DNA from: Balamuthia mandrillaris
Lineage: Eukaryota
DNA length: 64,000 bases
NCBI GenBank assembly: GCA_031835245.2
Contig: JAVKOQ020000001.1
Coordinates: 186,001 to 250,000, forward strand
Direction of reading: 5' to 3'
Positions 9,701 to 24,777 of this stretch are shown here, one piece after another. Position 1 is the stretch's first letter; each line of letters begins with the position of its first letter. Both the position numbers and the translations under genes were made by a program. Below the pieces are notes generated by a model. The model was not told where the DNA came from, did no database searches, and saw only the letters and a list, made by a program, of their open reading frames with translations.

Positions 9701-11049
9701 TCAGGCCAGCTTCCAGCAGCGTTGTGGAAGAGGCGCACAGAGGTTCGTGATGCTGTTCTTTTTAAACAAAAGAAATCATTCCTCCTTGTGTAGTAGAAGC
9801 GTAGCAATGAGAAATACGGTGGTGCGTGGAGCTTCGTGGATGTGTGTGTCTGTGTGTTTACTTTTGAAAAGAAAGAAATGAAAAGAAAAGAAGAGAAGAA
9901 AAGAAAACGAGTAGCAGAAAAGTGTCAAGGCGAATGACGAGTACCAAAAGTTTATTGGCGGCAGCAGCAGCATGAGCATCCATTCCGTACACCCCACCCC
10001 ACACCCCAACAAAGACGTGGGAGAAGGAAGGTTGTTTTGGCGGGAAACATGCTCATTGGCCCAAAAGACTAATGTCGTGATTTCTTTTTTCGTTGTCCTT
10101 AGATCTTATGATCTTTGCGCCGCCTTATTTCTTTACTGGATTGGACGTTATGACGAAAGGCTTTGTGTGGTTCGTTTTGTTGGTGTTTGTTTTTGTGTGT
10201 GTGTTTGCTTGTGTGTTTGGGCTTATATTTGTGTTTGTGTTAGTATAGGTATTTATTTTCAAAGAAGTAGAGGCGAGAGATTCAAGATTTACAGTTTTGT
10301 GAACAGGGGTATTTCGTGATTTTTCGTATGGGATGGTGGGGGGCGTGCTTAAAGCTACCCATACGTTCAACTTTACCCATAAAAGTCGAACGCACCTTTC
10401 GGATTGACGTGGTTGGGTGTTCCCACGGCACTCGTAAGATTTACATGGGCGAGTGCCCCCATAAAAGGGAGGGGAAGGGTTAACGCCAACGTTCATACCT
10501 TCTCGGCACCGCCCACGCAAGTCAGAGTGAAGATTAGACAGGGGAAAGATAAAGTAGAAAAATCAAAATCAAAAATCAAAGTCAGTTGCTCTCTCGTGGC
10601 CCCCCTTGGTCTGTTTTTCTGTTTGTCTGATGCCATCTCTTCCTTTCCTTCTGATAGCTATGACGCTATCCTATTTCTCCTTTCTCCCGCTCTTATATTT
10701 AAAGAGCTTCTTTATCGTTTGTACTCTAACAGTCAGACAGATAATATACATCTTTTCTTCCACGCATTGTTTCCCTTCCACTGCACACCTCTACTCTTCT
10801 AACATATTTTGCACAATGGCGTGATAAAAAGAAGGCAGCCAGTCAGCAACAAGGAACACGGCGAAGAAGAAAGCGTCAACGCACTTTCTGGGATAACAGT
10901 GATTTTGTTGCTGTAGAAGTTAATGATGATGTTGATATTGCTAGTTGTGTGCCATATCATCTCTCCTCTGCATCCTCATCAACATCTCATTTTCTCTTCT
11001 GCTTCTTCTTTATCAACTTCACATCAACCTCCCTCATGCTCTCATCAAC

Positions 11050-11357
11050 CTTTTACAGCTACCATTTCATCTTCTTTTTCGTCTCCTTCTTCTTCTTCGT
11101 CTCCTTTTCCTCCTCCTTCTTTTTCTTCTTCATCTCCTCTTCCTTCTTGTTCTTCTGCTTCTTCTTCTTGTTCTTCTTCTTCTCTTCTTCTTGTTCTTCT
11201 TCTTCTTCTTCTTCTTCTTCTTCTTCTTCTTCTTCTTCTTCTTCTTCTTTCTCTTCTTCTTCTTCTTCTTCTTCTTCTTCTTCTTCTTCTTCTTTCTCTT
11301 CTTCTTCTTCTTCTTCTTCTTCTTCTTCTTCTTCTTCTTCTTCTTCTTCTTCTTCTA
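11050..11357. repeat. (TTC)n trinucleotide microsatellite
   Basis: Long, near-perfect TTC run (~11150-11357) with a degenerate 5' extension. Confidence 0.95.
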
Positions 11358-12242
11358 GAGGACTCTCAATTGCTGATTATCGACGTTCTCATACAACTTC
11401 TGCAGACCGAGTTAGGTTTGTTACCTTGCAATAGTTTGTTTTATGACCCCTAATCTTTCTTTTGCGACAGGACATCGGACTTTGGTCTTCCAATACCTCA
11501 ACACTGGAACGCAAGGATTCAATCGATAAAGACAGCCAACAAAAGCTTCACCGTTGTTCGTCTCTCTGTTGTGGTGTTGGAACAAAAAAATGGCTTGTTT
11601 ATGTACCCTCTTCACTCTCCAGCCACATTGAGGCGATTATTCTTCTATTCAACAATTTCAAGTCAAACAAAGATCGAACTAAGCACATTCAACTTAACAC
11701 AACGCTTCACTCACAAAACAACAACACAGAAAATGAAGAGGATACCGACGATGAGCAAGAGGAAACTGAAATGTTTACTTTTGCTTTATTATTCCTTGTC
11801 TCATTTCGTCCGCTCTGTGCGTTGGGAGGAAAACACAAGTATGGTGATGGTCATTGTTTTTTCTGCGCAGTAAGTTGGTTGCACACCAAGCCCAAGGTAG
11901 CTCCACACTCTCCTTGTGCTCTCTTCAGTCCTTGCTTACCCTTGCCCACCTTGTCCAGTCTTATTTTTGACAAAAAAGTGACTATGTTCGTTGGTTCTGT
12001 TCATTGTTCACAACAAAAAAAGGCAACTAAAAGGTTTGGCATGGAAAGTTTTGAAGGTTTGGCATGAGGTTTTGGCGGGAGGTTTGGCTGGAATGGTTTT
12101 GAATATTGGTTGGAGGTTTGGCAAAGGAAGAGATGGCGTCAAGGAATGATGACATCGTGTAAATCGGGGCTCATTATTTTATAAATGAAAACCATGCAAA
12201 AAACGCTATTTCAACCCAATGGTGTTTATATTTTCACACTTT

Positions 12243-14231
<1,989 letters not shown>

Positions 14232-14546
14232 TTCCCTAAATTGTAGCCTGTCTGTGCCCCACCCTCCTCCTTTCTCTTTGTGCGGTTGTTTTTTTTCCTC
14301 CCCCTTTTGGGCACACACCCCCAACAGTGGTGTTGGGGTTTAATTTTTATGTTGCGCACTTGCAAATATTTTTTGAGGGGTCATTTGGCTTGTTTTGTTT
14401 TTGATTGGTCGTCACACGCTGCACAAGCTGATGACATGTGGTCCTCTCCTGAGGTTCCCCCAAACCAAAAAAAAATAATAAGAAAAACGTTCCAAAAAAA
14501 AAAAAAGAAGGAAAGCGCTGCAAGGCCTTGCTGGCGTCTCTCGCAC

Positions 14547-16147
14547 ATGTTGCCGTTTTCTGTTTTGTGGAAGGTTTGTCTTATTCTTTTTGTGTTTCGT
14601 TTCTTTCTTTCTTTCTTTCTTTCTTCCTTTTTTATGCTTATTTTCTCTTTTTTAAATGTGGCCGAGCCTCTGCACAGCCGTTAAAGGCGGACTGATCACG
14701 CTTTCTTTCTGTTTAGTGGCTGTGGGTGAACTTTGTGCCATTGGAAGCGGAAGAGGTTGCGCAGGATGAAGATCAGATAGCGGGGATCAAGAAGGACTCT
14801 GTGGCATGTGAATTCCTGCGCTTGAAGGACGTAAACAAGGCCGAAGACAAACGGGCTCAAGTTTTCGCAAAGGCTCTCATTGGGCGCTATCTCTGTCTTC
14901 TTTTCAAAGACTCGCCATTGCTTTCTACTCGTTTCACCGACTCGGAAAACAAAGTCTTCTACATAAAGCGGGTTACTGAAGAAGCGGAACAAGAGGAGCG
15001 AGCCACAACCCTGCCGCCGTTCCCACAGGACTTGCGTGTGCAAATGCTGCGAGAGCTACGGGAAGAACGAATGGGCAGAAGCTCGGCCAGAAATTTGCTG
15101 CAACTCATGACCCAATCGCCTACGAAGAAAAGAACCGCTGTTTCTTGTGGCGGAGAGGAGGACGCTGAAGATAGAGAGAACAGTCCTTCGTCATCACAAC
15201 AAGGCGCTGCGCACGAAGAAATGATGATAGAAGAAGCCGGAGGAGCGGGCGGTGAGGGTGGCGATTTGTCTCCACAGGAAAATGAGGAGGCGGCCTCTCC
15301 CACCCAACCAAGATCAACCAAGAAACAGGCAACCAAGCCTTCCGCCCGCACGAGGGTTGACCTGCCAATAGCGGTCTTGGAACAAGGAACAGAAGCAGCT
15401 GCAGAGACTGTGCTACCAGCAACAGCAGCCACCGCTGAATTTCCTTCCAGCAGCGCGGCTGCAGCTAGCATCCACGCCGCACCCTATCGAGCCTTCCGGC
15501 GTCAAGCCTCATCCCCACTGCTTATGCCCCCACGCAAAGGCCAGACCAGCTCTTCCCATCATTTTTTGCAACAACAAGAACCCTGGAAGCGAGAATTGGG
15601 TGACTTGTGGGCCAAACAATTAGCCACAATGCGCGAAATAAACGCTCTGAAGATCGAGATGGGCCGTCGAGAAGCTGCTCGACAAAGGGAGTTTTTGGCG
15701 ATGCGGCAAGAACTTGACATTATGCGAGGTAGTTTGCCCTCCTCTCCCTCCTCCTCCCCTCCTCTCCTCCTCTCTGTGTTTGACAGCGATTTTTGCGCAG
15801 CGGAACTGTTTAGGATACGCCATGTAGGAGGGAGTGGAGGTGGAACAGCAGCAGATAGACAACGCACAGACGGGAGAAACAAAACCAACAAGACGAAACG
15901 AAAATTACCAGAAGGCAGCAGTGACATGCATGGAGGGGGTGGGGTGGAGGAAACTCCACGAGCAAGCTGCTCCCTGTCAGCCCAGCAGGAGAGCGTCGCA
16001 GCAAGCAGTTCCCAAACAGAAACGAGCGAATACGTGGTAGAGCCATCCCGTCACCTCAAAAGGAAGAAAGTAGAACCAACAGCAAATGCCAAGAACGCTG
16101 TTGTTGATACCTCCATTCCTGGGGCTACCATTCCCCTTAGCACATAA
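14547..16147 (+). CDS. Hypothetical protein with coiled coil and low-complexity regions
   Basis: Exon MLPFSVLWK (14547-14573) joins in frame through a GT..AG intron (14574-14716) to the 473-aa ORF. Confidence 0.6.
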
Positions 16148-16290
16148 GCAATCAGTGTTGGACCAACCTTTGTTTCTGTTGTGGCAGTTTGTAAATTTTG
16201 AAAGTCGTAGGCTAGTATTCATTCATTCCAAGGGGACATAAAGTGAACTTGCATATTTTCAAAGGTGGTGAGACGCGAAGAGGCGCAAAG

Positions 16291-16342
16291 AATTTTGCTT
16301 GATTTTCGTTGTCTCATTGATCGGCTTGATCTTGGCGCCGCC
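16291..16342 (+). repeat. Solo copy of the Fanzor element 3' end/TIR
   Basis: 52 bp match to the reverse complement of 7781-7832, with 3 mismatches by eye. Confidence 0.85.
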
Positions 16343-16461
16343 ATAGACACGTAACCACTTTACCTTCGCTCCTGTCTTACGGTTTGTTCGGTAAAAGCAG
16401 ACTCAATGAAAGAATAGTTACCTCAATCCAAACGTTTATTGTAGGTTAGGCAACAGAACAT

Positions 16462-16977
16462 TTACTTCTTATCACCAGACTGCTTGTTCTTCTTGGTTCC
16501 GCGCACCTTCTTGGCCCTGTTCTTCCTTTCTTTCCTCTGTTTTCTGCCAACAGTTTCTCTCGTGGCCAAGCCAGCCTGGTAAAGGATGTCAGAAACGAAA
16601 ATATAAACACACTGCAGGTGAAAGTTGATTGGTTACCCTCACGAGGCGATACTTGGGCTCGAACTTTTTGGCCGCAGTAAGATTATCATAGATCAGGCCA
16701 AATCCACTGCTTTTACCGCCACCGAATTGTGTGCGGAAGCCAAAAACGAATACGCATTGGGGATCTTTCACCTTGTACATCTTGGCAAGCTTCTCCCTAA
16801 GCTCGGCCTTGGGCACGTTCGGTCGTCCTTGATGAATCACATCCACAACCTAGGGACAACATCAACGAAAAATACGCAAAAAAAAAAAACCGAAGAAAGG
16901 AGGGGTTGTACCATCTGTTTCCTTTGCAGGAGGCGGTTGTTCATGTATTTTCTGGTGCGGATCGTGCATTCGGTCAT
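16462..16977 (-). CDS. RPS24: 40S ribosomal protein S24 (eS24), spliced
   Basis: [68 protein letters not shown]. Confidence 0.97.
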
Positions 16978-17177
16978 GATGGCGAAGGAACTGGGCGGGA
17001 CCAGAGGACGGATGGACGAGGTTTCACGTTGGCTGCTGAAAGTTTTTTTTTGGAGGGATGGAGGATGTGAGAAGGACACCAAAGCGCATCGTAAACTCCG
17101 TAACCCTCGCTCCAATGCTGACGTCGGTTTTTTGTCGACATAGGCAAACAACAAAACATTTTTGAGACCTGCGGTAC

Positions 17178-17229
17178 TAAGGCGGCGCCAAGATCAAGAG
17201 AAAAGTTTTTTTTTTCAAGCGCCGCCTTA
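17178..17229. mobile_element. 52-bp mini-element of the Fanzor TIR family
   Basis: TAAGGCGGCGCCAAGATCAAG...GCGCCGCCTTA flanked by the 10-bp direct repeat CCTGCGGTAC (17168-17177, 17230-17239). Confidence 0.85.
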
Positions 17230-18394
17230 CCTGCGGTACCTCTCTCCCATAATTAAGGGGGCCTGCTCGGATCATAAGGATCAGTCGTGTCGTCTTGATA
17301 AAAGGTCGAGCTTGATCTGTGTTTTCCTGCTTTTGTTGACATTCACCTCGATCAAGGGGATTTTTTTTTGTCGAGCAGGCAAAATGGGTCTTCGTCGAAA
17401 ACGAGAAAGGGAGGAGAAGCAAAGAGAGGAACAGCAGCGACAAAAAGAAGCGCAAGATAAGCTTCAAAGAAGGCGAGCACAAAAAGCTGCATCAAAACGG
17501 CGTCGCCGAGCAGCTTCTTCTGCAAGTTTATGCTTGTCCTTGCCCTCTACTTCGCCCTCGCCCTCGCCCTTGCCCTCAAGGGAACAGTGCCAGCTCCAGA
17601 AAGAAAAACGACGGAAGCAGATGGCCAAGAGCAAACGGCGTCAGAGAGCTCAGCAACAACAAGAAAAGGAGGAACAAGAAGCTAAGACACGGCGAAAAAG
17701 GCAGCTCCAGAAAGAAAGAAAGCAACGCCACCGAAACAAGTGCCTTTCAACACTAGTAGCCCATCCGCCTTCCTGCTCTGCGCCTTTATCTCAGCTCCTT
17801 CTTTTTCCGTAGGTGCAACCCACCGCGCTCCTCTGCAGCGTGAGAGCACAAAAGCTGCACTTCAATAAAACTCTTTGTTTGGGTTGTGCCATCTCAGCAT
17901 TATGAATATTTGGATATTCCCAAAGCGCCCATCTGCACTCGGCGATTGCTGCTGTCGTTTTTTGCCATACGTGGTGGTCCTGTAGGCACAAGGAAGGAAA
18001 CTTGGCTAAGTTAGCTTTCCTTTGCAAAGTAGACTCTAATCCACAAGACTGTTTGTGGGGTTTAAGATATGAGACACGGAGTTACTTTATATCAATGAGT
18101 TAGCATCACTTTGTCCCGTTGGTGTTTGGCTGTTGTGAAGGCCAGGTGTCGTGCCTTGCTCGGTGCTGTTTAATCGTGACGACACAGTGCACTGACGGCA
18201 GCCAATCAGAACGGAGTTTAGACTTCGGTTAAAGTTTTGACCGAAAATTATTGTCCTACCGACCGAAAAATAACCATTCAGAACCACACGAAGGGAGCCC
18301 TACCCCAATTTTTGGTTTGTTGCCTGCGGTCTGTGGTGGTGGTGTATTGTTTTTTCTTGTAGGAAAAAAACCAAGACGTACCAGAAGAATTACT

Positions 18395-19553
18395 ATGTCG
18401 CACGTACGTTGTTTGTTTTGTTGTTGTGGGAAGGGATGAAGAGCTTTCAAGTGTTGTACTGAACTGCCTCCTCACCGCACCATGCAGGACAAAGAGTCTC
18501 TCTTGGAGTTTTTGAATGGGGTGGAGTGGGAAAAATGTAACCTTCACCTCTGCTTGTTATCTTCCTCCCTGTCGTTTTCGTTGCAACATTTTCTTATCCT
18601 GTTTGCTCCGTTACAACAGACATTGATGACGAGGAGGTCAAAAGCCGTGTGATTGAAATTCAGGAACGTGTAGAGAGTCTTGGTGGCGGAGGCGGCGGAG
18701 GCGGAGATGTGGTTAGTTTTCTTTTCCTTGATTTTTTTTTGCTACCCACATTGACCAATTTTTCTCTTGTTCTCTGTCCCCCTTCCCCAATAGGACATCT
18801 CTGGGGCCACCCGTATCAAGTTGGTGGTGGTAGGGGATGGTGCCGTTGGAAAAACTTCCCTTTTAATCTCCTATGCCACAAAAAAGTTTCCAACGGACTA
18901 TGTGCCCACAGTTTTCGAAAACTACACCGCGCAGATGAAGAGAAACGACGAAACTATCCTCCTGCATTTGTGGGACACTGCTGGTTTGTCGATACCTCCC
19001 TCCTCCGCTGTCTCCTTCTTATATTTCGTTGTTTTTTTGTTTTTTTGTTTTTCTTATGGGCTTTGGTTAAGACTAAACCTTTGGTATTCTTTTTACTTTT
19101 GCTGTAGGTCAGGAAGATTACGACAGGTTGCGACCTCTTTCCTACCCTGGTGCTGATGTGGTACTGCTTTGCTTTTCATTGGTAACCAAGGCCTCTCTGG
19201 AGGCCATCCGTGAGAAGTGGTATCCGGAAGTGCACCACTACGTACCCAACATCCCCCACATTTTGGTGGGCACCAAGAGGGACTTACGCGACTCCCAAAC
19301 CGAAGACCCCCACACCGAAAAGTGCGAACCTATTACCAAAGAAGAAGGCAAGGCTATGGCCAAAGCCATTGAAGCTGACAGTTACCTTGAGGTCTCTGCA
19401 AAGACGCGAGAGGGCTTGGACAAGGTCTTTGAAGCCGCTGTTGACCTCGTTCTAGAACGAAGTGGAAAGGGTAAAGAAGAAGGAGAAACTGCGGGTGCTG
19501 AAAGTGCCGCCAAGAAGGACAAGAAGAACCGCAAGGGCTGCGTCCTCATGTAA
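18395..19553 (+). CDS. Rho/Rac-family small GTPase (spliced; start approximate)
   Basis: [47 protein letters not shown]-terminal CAAX CVLM. Confidence 0.93.
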
Positions 19554-19608
19554 TCTTTTCTTCCCTTCGACCTTTCGTGTTTGTACCTTTCAACCTTGTG
19601 TTTGTTCT

Positions 19609-19651
<43 letters not shown>

Positions 19652-19972
19652 ACACCGCTGCTGTAATAAAAATGTCAAAAAAAAACCCTTAGTTTGTCGG
19701 GAATACTTTTTTTTCTCTGCTTTCAACTTGAGTGACAAAACACAAATTTGAACGGAAAACTTGATCCGGCGCATAACGCCATGTGGCTCCATCCCTTCCA
19801 CGCTGGTGTTACTGTGGGTGCAGGAACTTGTGCAAGTTTAGCTTGGCTTGTAGTGTTTTGTTTTTGTTTAATAATAGGAGTTGGTCACTTCTTGGCTTTC
19901 ATGTTTATTGACAACCCTGGCCAATTCCTTCTCATGATAAAGAAAGTATGGGCCAAGCAACCTTCCTAAGAA

Positions 19973-21710
<1,738 letters not shown>

Positions 21711-22581
21711 AGCTTCGCCAAGAGGAAGTTCGTTCTCGTGAGATAAATGTTGGGTGCAGAGTGGGTCGTTGTGCGGTTGGGTTGAGTGAGAAGGTGATTG
21801 GTGGTGCGAACGGCTGTGGGGTTGTTGGTGTTGTGAAATTGGAGGCAGCCGTGGAAAGAACGAGGGACTTGGGCAACCGGACCAACTATGAGCGAAAGTT
21901 TGGGCGAAGCTCCTTTCACTATTTTCTGTTGTGCAGGAGGAAAAGGGGAAGGCGGAAGAAGAAATAGAAGAAGAAGAAGAAGAGGAAGAGGAAGAAGGGG
22001 ACGCAGAAGATGAAGAAGAAAACGAACGAGAGGGAAAGGAGAAGGAAGAGGAGTTTTGTTGGGAAGTGGTTCTAAGCACTTCCCACTTTTGTTTCAAGTC
22101 AACAGTCGGGCTGGTGGCTAGGGGTCCACACACACGAGAGAAAAGAAAGACTTCAATACACGGGTCAAGTCGGAAACCGAAAGAGCGGAACAGTACCTTC
22201 AACTTCCATGAGGGCAGAACGATCGAGGTTAGTCACCACCGCATTAGGACAGTATGCCACTGGGAGGGGGTCTGTTGGTTTATTTGTTATGATGATTTAT
22301 TGTTTGCACAATTTGTGAGGGTTGTCGACAAAAGTTACCAGACAGAAAAAAAATGCACCGCCCATAATGCCAAGGTTGGGGGGGACCTAAACACTCCCCC
22401 GTGCGAAAGCCCGCACACACGCAGGGTGGGTCGGTTTTTTTATTTTATTTCTCAAAACTCTTTTGCTGCTTTTCCTTCTTCTTCTTCTTTAATTTTCCAA
22501 CAACACCACAACAGTCAGTAGCAGCTTGTAGTCGCTCGCGAGCAGCCCTTTTTGTTGCTTCCCCGTTTTCTTACTTTCGAG

Positions 22582-24777
22582 ATGAGTTCCAACATCGAGT
22601 CGGAGTCTGGTATGTTGTTGTAACCGCTACCCTTTTTTTTCCCCCCTCACTCTCTGCAAGGAAGGGGCTAACAGTAGGAGCGTCGTTGCGTTTTCTTGAT
22701 AGGCGCTACTACCTTAAATTGGGCAGATGAGAGCACTGGTTCTTGGGCAGATGAAGCCGAGGCCGAAGAAGAAGGTTTCGCCTTTGCTACTAAAAATAAA
22801 TAGGTCATAGATTTGACACTGACCAAAGTTTTTTTAACCAATTTCGAATCACAGAGGAGCGGGTGCAACCTCGATCGGTGTGGGGAAAACCTGTTACCTA
22901 CGGTGCGTGTTTCGCGTTTGAGCTCTCTCTCTCTCTCTCTCTCTCGTTTTCTCTTTCTTACTCTCTCGTTTTCTCTTTTTCTTTTCTCACACTTCTTGCT
23001 TGCATGCAGCTGCAGCACAGGATGAAGAGTCACCTTTCCTGGATAGGGAGGAATTCCCCGCTCCAGGAGCTCAGCCTACCCGTCGCCCCCTGCGCTCAGA
23101 CCACGAGATGCGCCCTGGAGAGACTCACAAGAGTGGCGGACCTCGCCCATCAAACAATCGCGAGACTTACCCTGGACGAGAGAGAAGGGAATACCCTTCC
23201 CACGACCGAGAATTTGATGCCCCCGGTGGGCGGAGGGGCAGGCCTCATCCATCCCGTGAAGAGAGAGATGTTTATTCCACCAGAGACCAAGACAGAGGAG
23301 ATCGCCCCTTCAGGCGAGAAAGAGAATACGGTGAGAGGGAAGGTTTCGCAGGAAGAGATAGAGACAGTTACAGGGAAAGAGATAGGGACAGAGATGGAGA
23401 AAGGGGCAAGGGGGACCGTTATCGAGATAACGGACGCGCACCTCGGGAAAAGACGCCATTCCCAACTTCAGCTCCCTGGACTGCCTTTTTGGGAAACCTT
23501 TCCTACGATCTTTACGAGCAGGATTTAGATGACTTCTTTTCTGGAGCTGGTTGCAAGGTTTGTTTTTTGTTTGTTGTTTTATTTGTTAGACCTTGAACTT
23601 AACAAGGTCTTCTTTGACAGATTGTCAGTATTAGATTGATGCGGGATGCCGGTGGCCGAACAAAGGGCTTTGGCTACGTCGAGTTTGAGGATGCAGAGTC
23701 GCTGAAGAAAGCACTTGAGAAGGATGACCAGGTTTTTAAACTTGCTCAAATATTTATGGTTGTGTGTTACTTGTCGCCTACTCACTTTGACTAACTACTC
23801 GCGTTGGTATCATATTGAAGGATTTGTTGCAAAGAAGAATTCGTGTGGATGTTGCGGAAACAAAACGTAAGTCACTTTTTTACTTGTGCACGTGTATGCT
23901 TGATATATTTTGACATTGTTATGCAGGCAACGAGAAAAGCGAAGAAGATAACCTGTCTTGGAGGGAAAGGGCACAAAGAGCCCCACCTGCTGGATTTGCC
24001 CGTCGTGGGGATAGTAGTGAGCCCCATCAAAGCAACTTCAGAGAGAGGCGAGCTGACCGCTCACAACAACAACACAAGCACACGGAGGAGCCCAACGAAA
24101 TGACTGAAGTAAACGAGTCATCACCGTCCGCGCCTGCTGCCGCACCTAAAAAGAAGGGCAATCCATTCGGAGAAGCTAAGCCGCGCGACGAACTTGCTGT
24201 TCAAAAACAAATCGAGGAAACAAGGAAGGCCCTCCTCCAGCACCAGAAAAAGGACGAGGAAGTAAAGGAAGCTCCACAGCAACTTCAGCAATCACACCCA
24301 GAAGAGACAAAAGAAGAGAAGACTGACGAAGCGCAGTCCAACAAGCCACGGCCAGAAAATTCTCGCAGTAGCGAAGTTTCATGGAGAAAAGAGAAACAGA
24401 GCACCACAAGCAACAACAATTGGACCGCTCGCAGAAAGGTCGGAAGTGGCGGCAGTAGTGGAGATTCCAGACCCCGCAAAGATAATGTTGGTCGGCGTGA
24501 GGGAGGCAGGCCCCCTCGGACAGGAGGAGGAGATGCCAAGTCCAACCGTAGCCGTGAAGCTCCTCCTCATCACAAAACGGATACCCACAAATGGGAATCC
24601 AGGCAGCAGCAGTCGCAGCCAGAAGCAAAGGCGGCTTCTGCTCCGCGAAAGGAACCCGTCCGGAAAGAAAAGCAGCCCCCCAAGGATAAGAACAACGTTG
24701 GTACTGTCAACCGTGCCCCTCCGGTTGTTGGTGTTGTTAATGCCTTTTCTCTCCTCACCGAGGAGGAGGAGTGCTAG
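22582..24777 (+). CDS. eIF4B/eIF4H-like RRM protein (spliced)
   Basis: SWAD motif, DR-rich tract, APWTAFLGNLSYD (RNP2), KGFGYVEF (RNP1), KKGNPFGEAKPRDE motif. Confidence 0.8.

Larger units (their letters stand above)
7778..10127 (-). mobile_element. Non-autonomous TIR-bounded element carrying Fanzor
   Basis: Imperfect ~45-bp TIRs: TAAGGCGGCGCCAAGATCAAGCCGATCCATGGGACAACGAAAA from 7778, and TTTTCGTTGTCCTTAGATCTTATGATCTTTGCGCCGCCTTA ending at 10127. Only one long ORF inside and no transposase or recombinase. Confidence 0.88.
2459..10627 (-). mobile_element. Full-length, decayed non-LTR retrotransposon (LINE, APE-RT-RNaseH type) with nested Fanzor element
   Basis: Minus-strand AATAAA (2477-2482) followed by an A11 tail (T run 2458-2468). 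11-bp TSD TGATGCCATCT at 2448-2458 and 10628-10638. ORF1 and ORF2 domains are in LINE order. Confidence 0.93.
2423..12167. mobile_element. Outer inverted-repeat-bounded element (~1.6 kb without the LINE), interrupted in one arm by the LINE
   Basis: The rebuilt empty site CCGATTTACACGATGTCATCATCCTTGATGCCATCTCTTCCTTT is the near-exact reverse complement of 12123-12167. Subterminal AGGTTTGGC repeats at ~12032-12122. Confidence 0.6.

Noticed and set aside
10125..10520. 131-aa ORF as the N-terminus of LINE ORF1
   Set aside because: Low-complexity T/N-rich, non-ATG start in the track, and overlaps the structured UTR. Joining with a TA TSD gives a stop.
10923..11453. Poly-L, poly-F and poly-S ORFs
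   Set aside because: Artefacts of the (TTC)n microsatellite.
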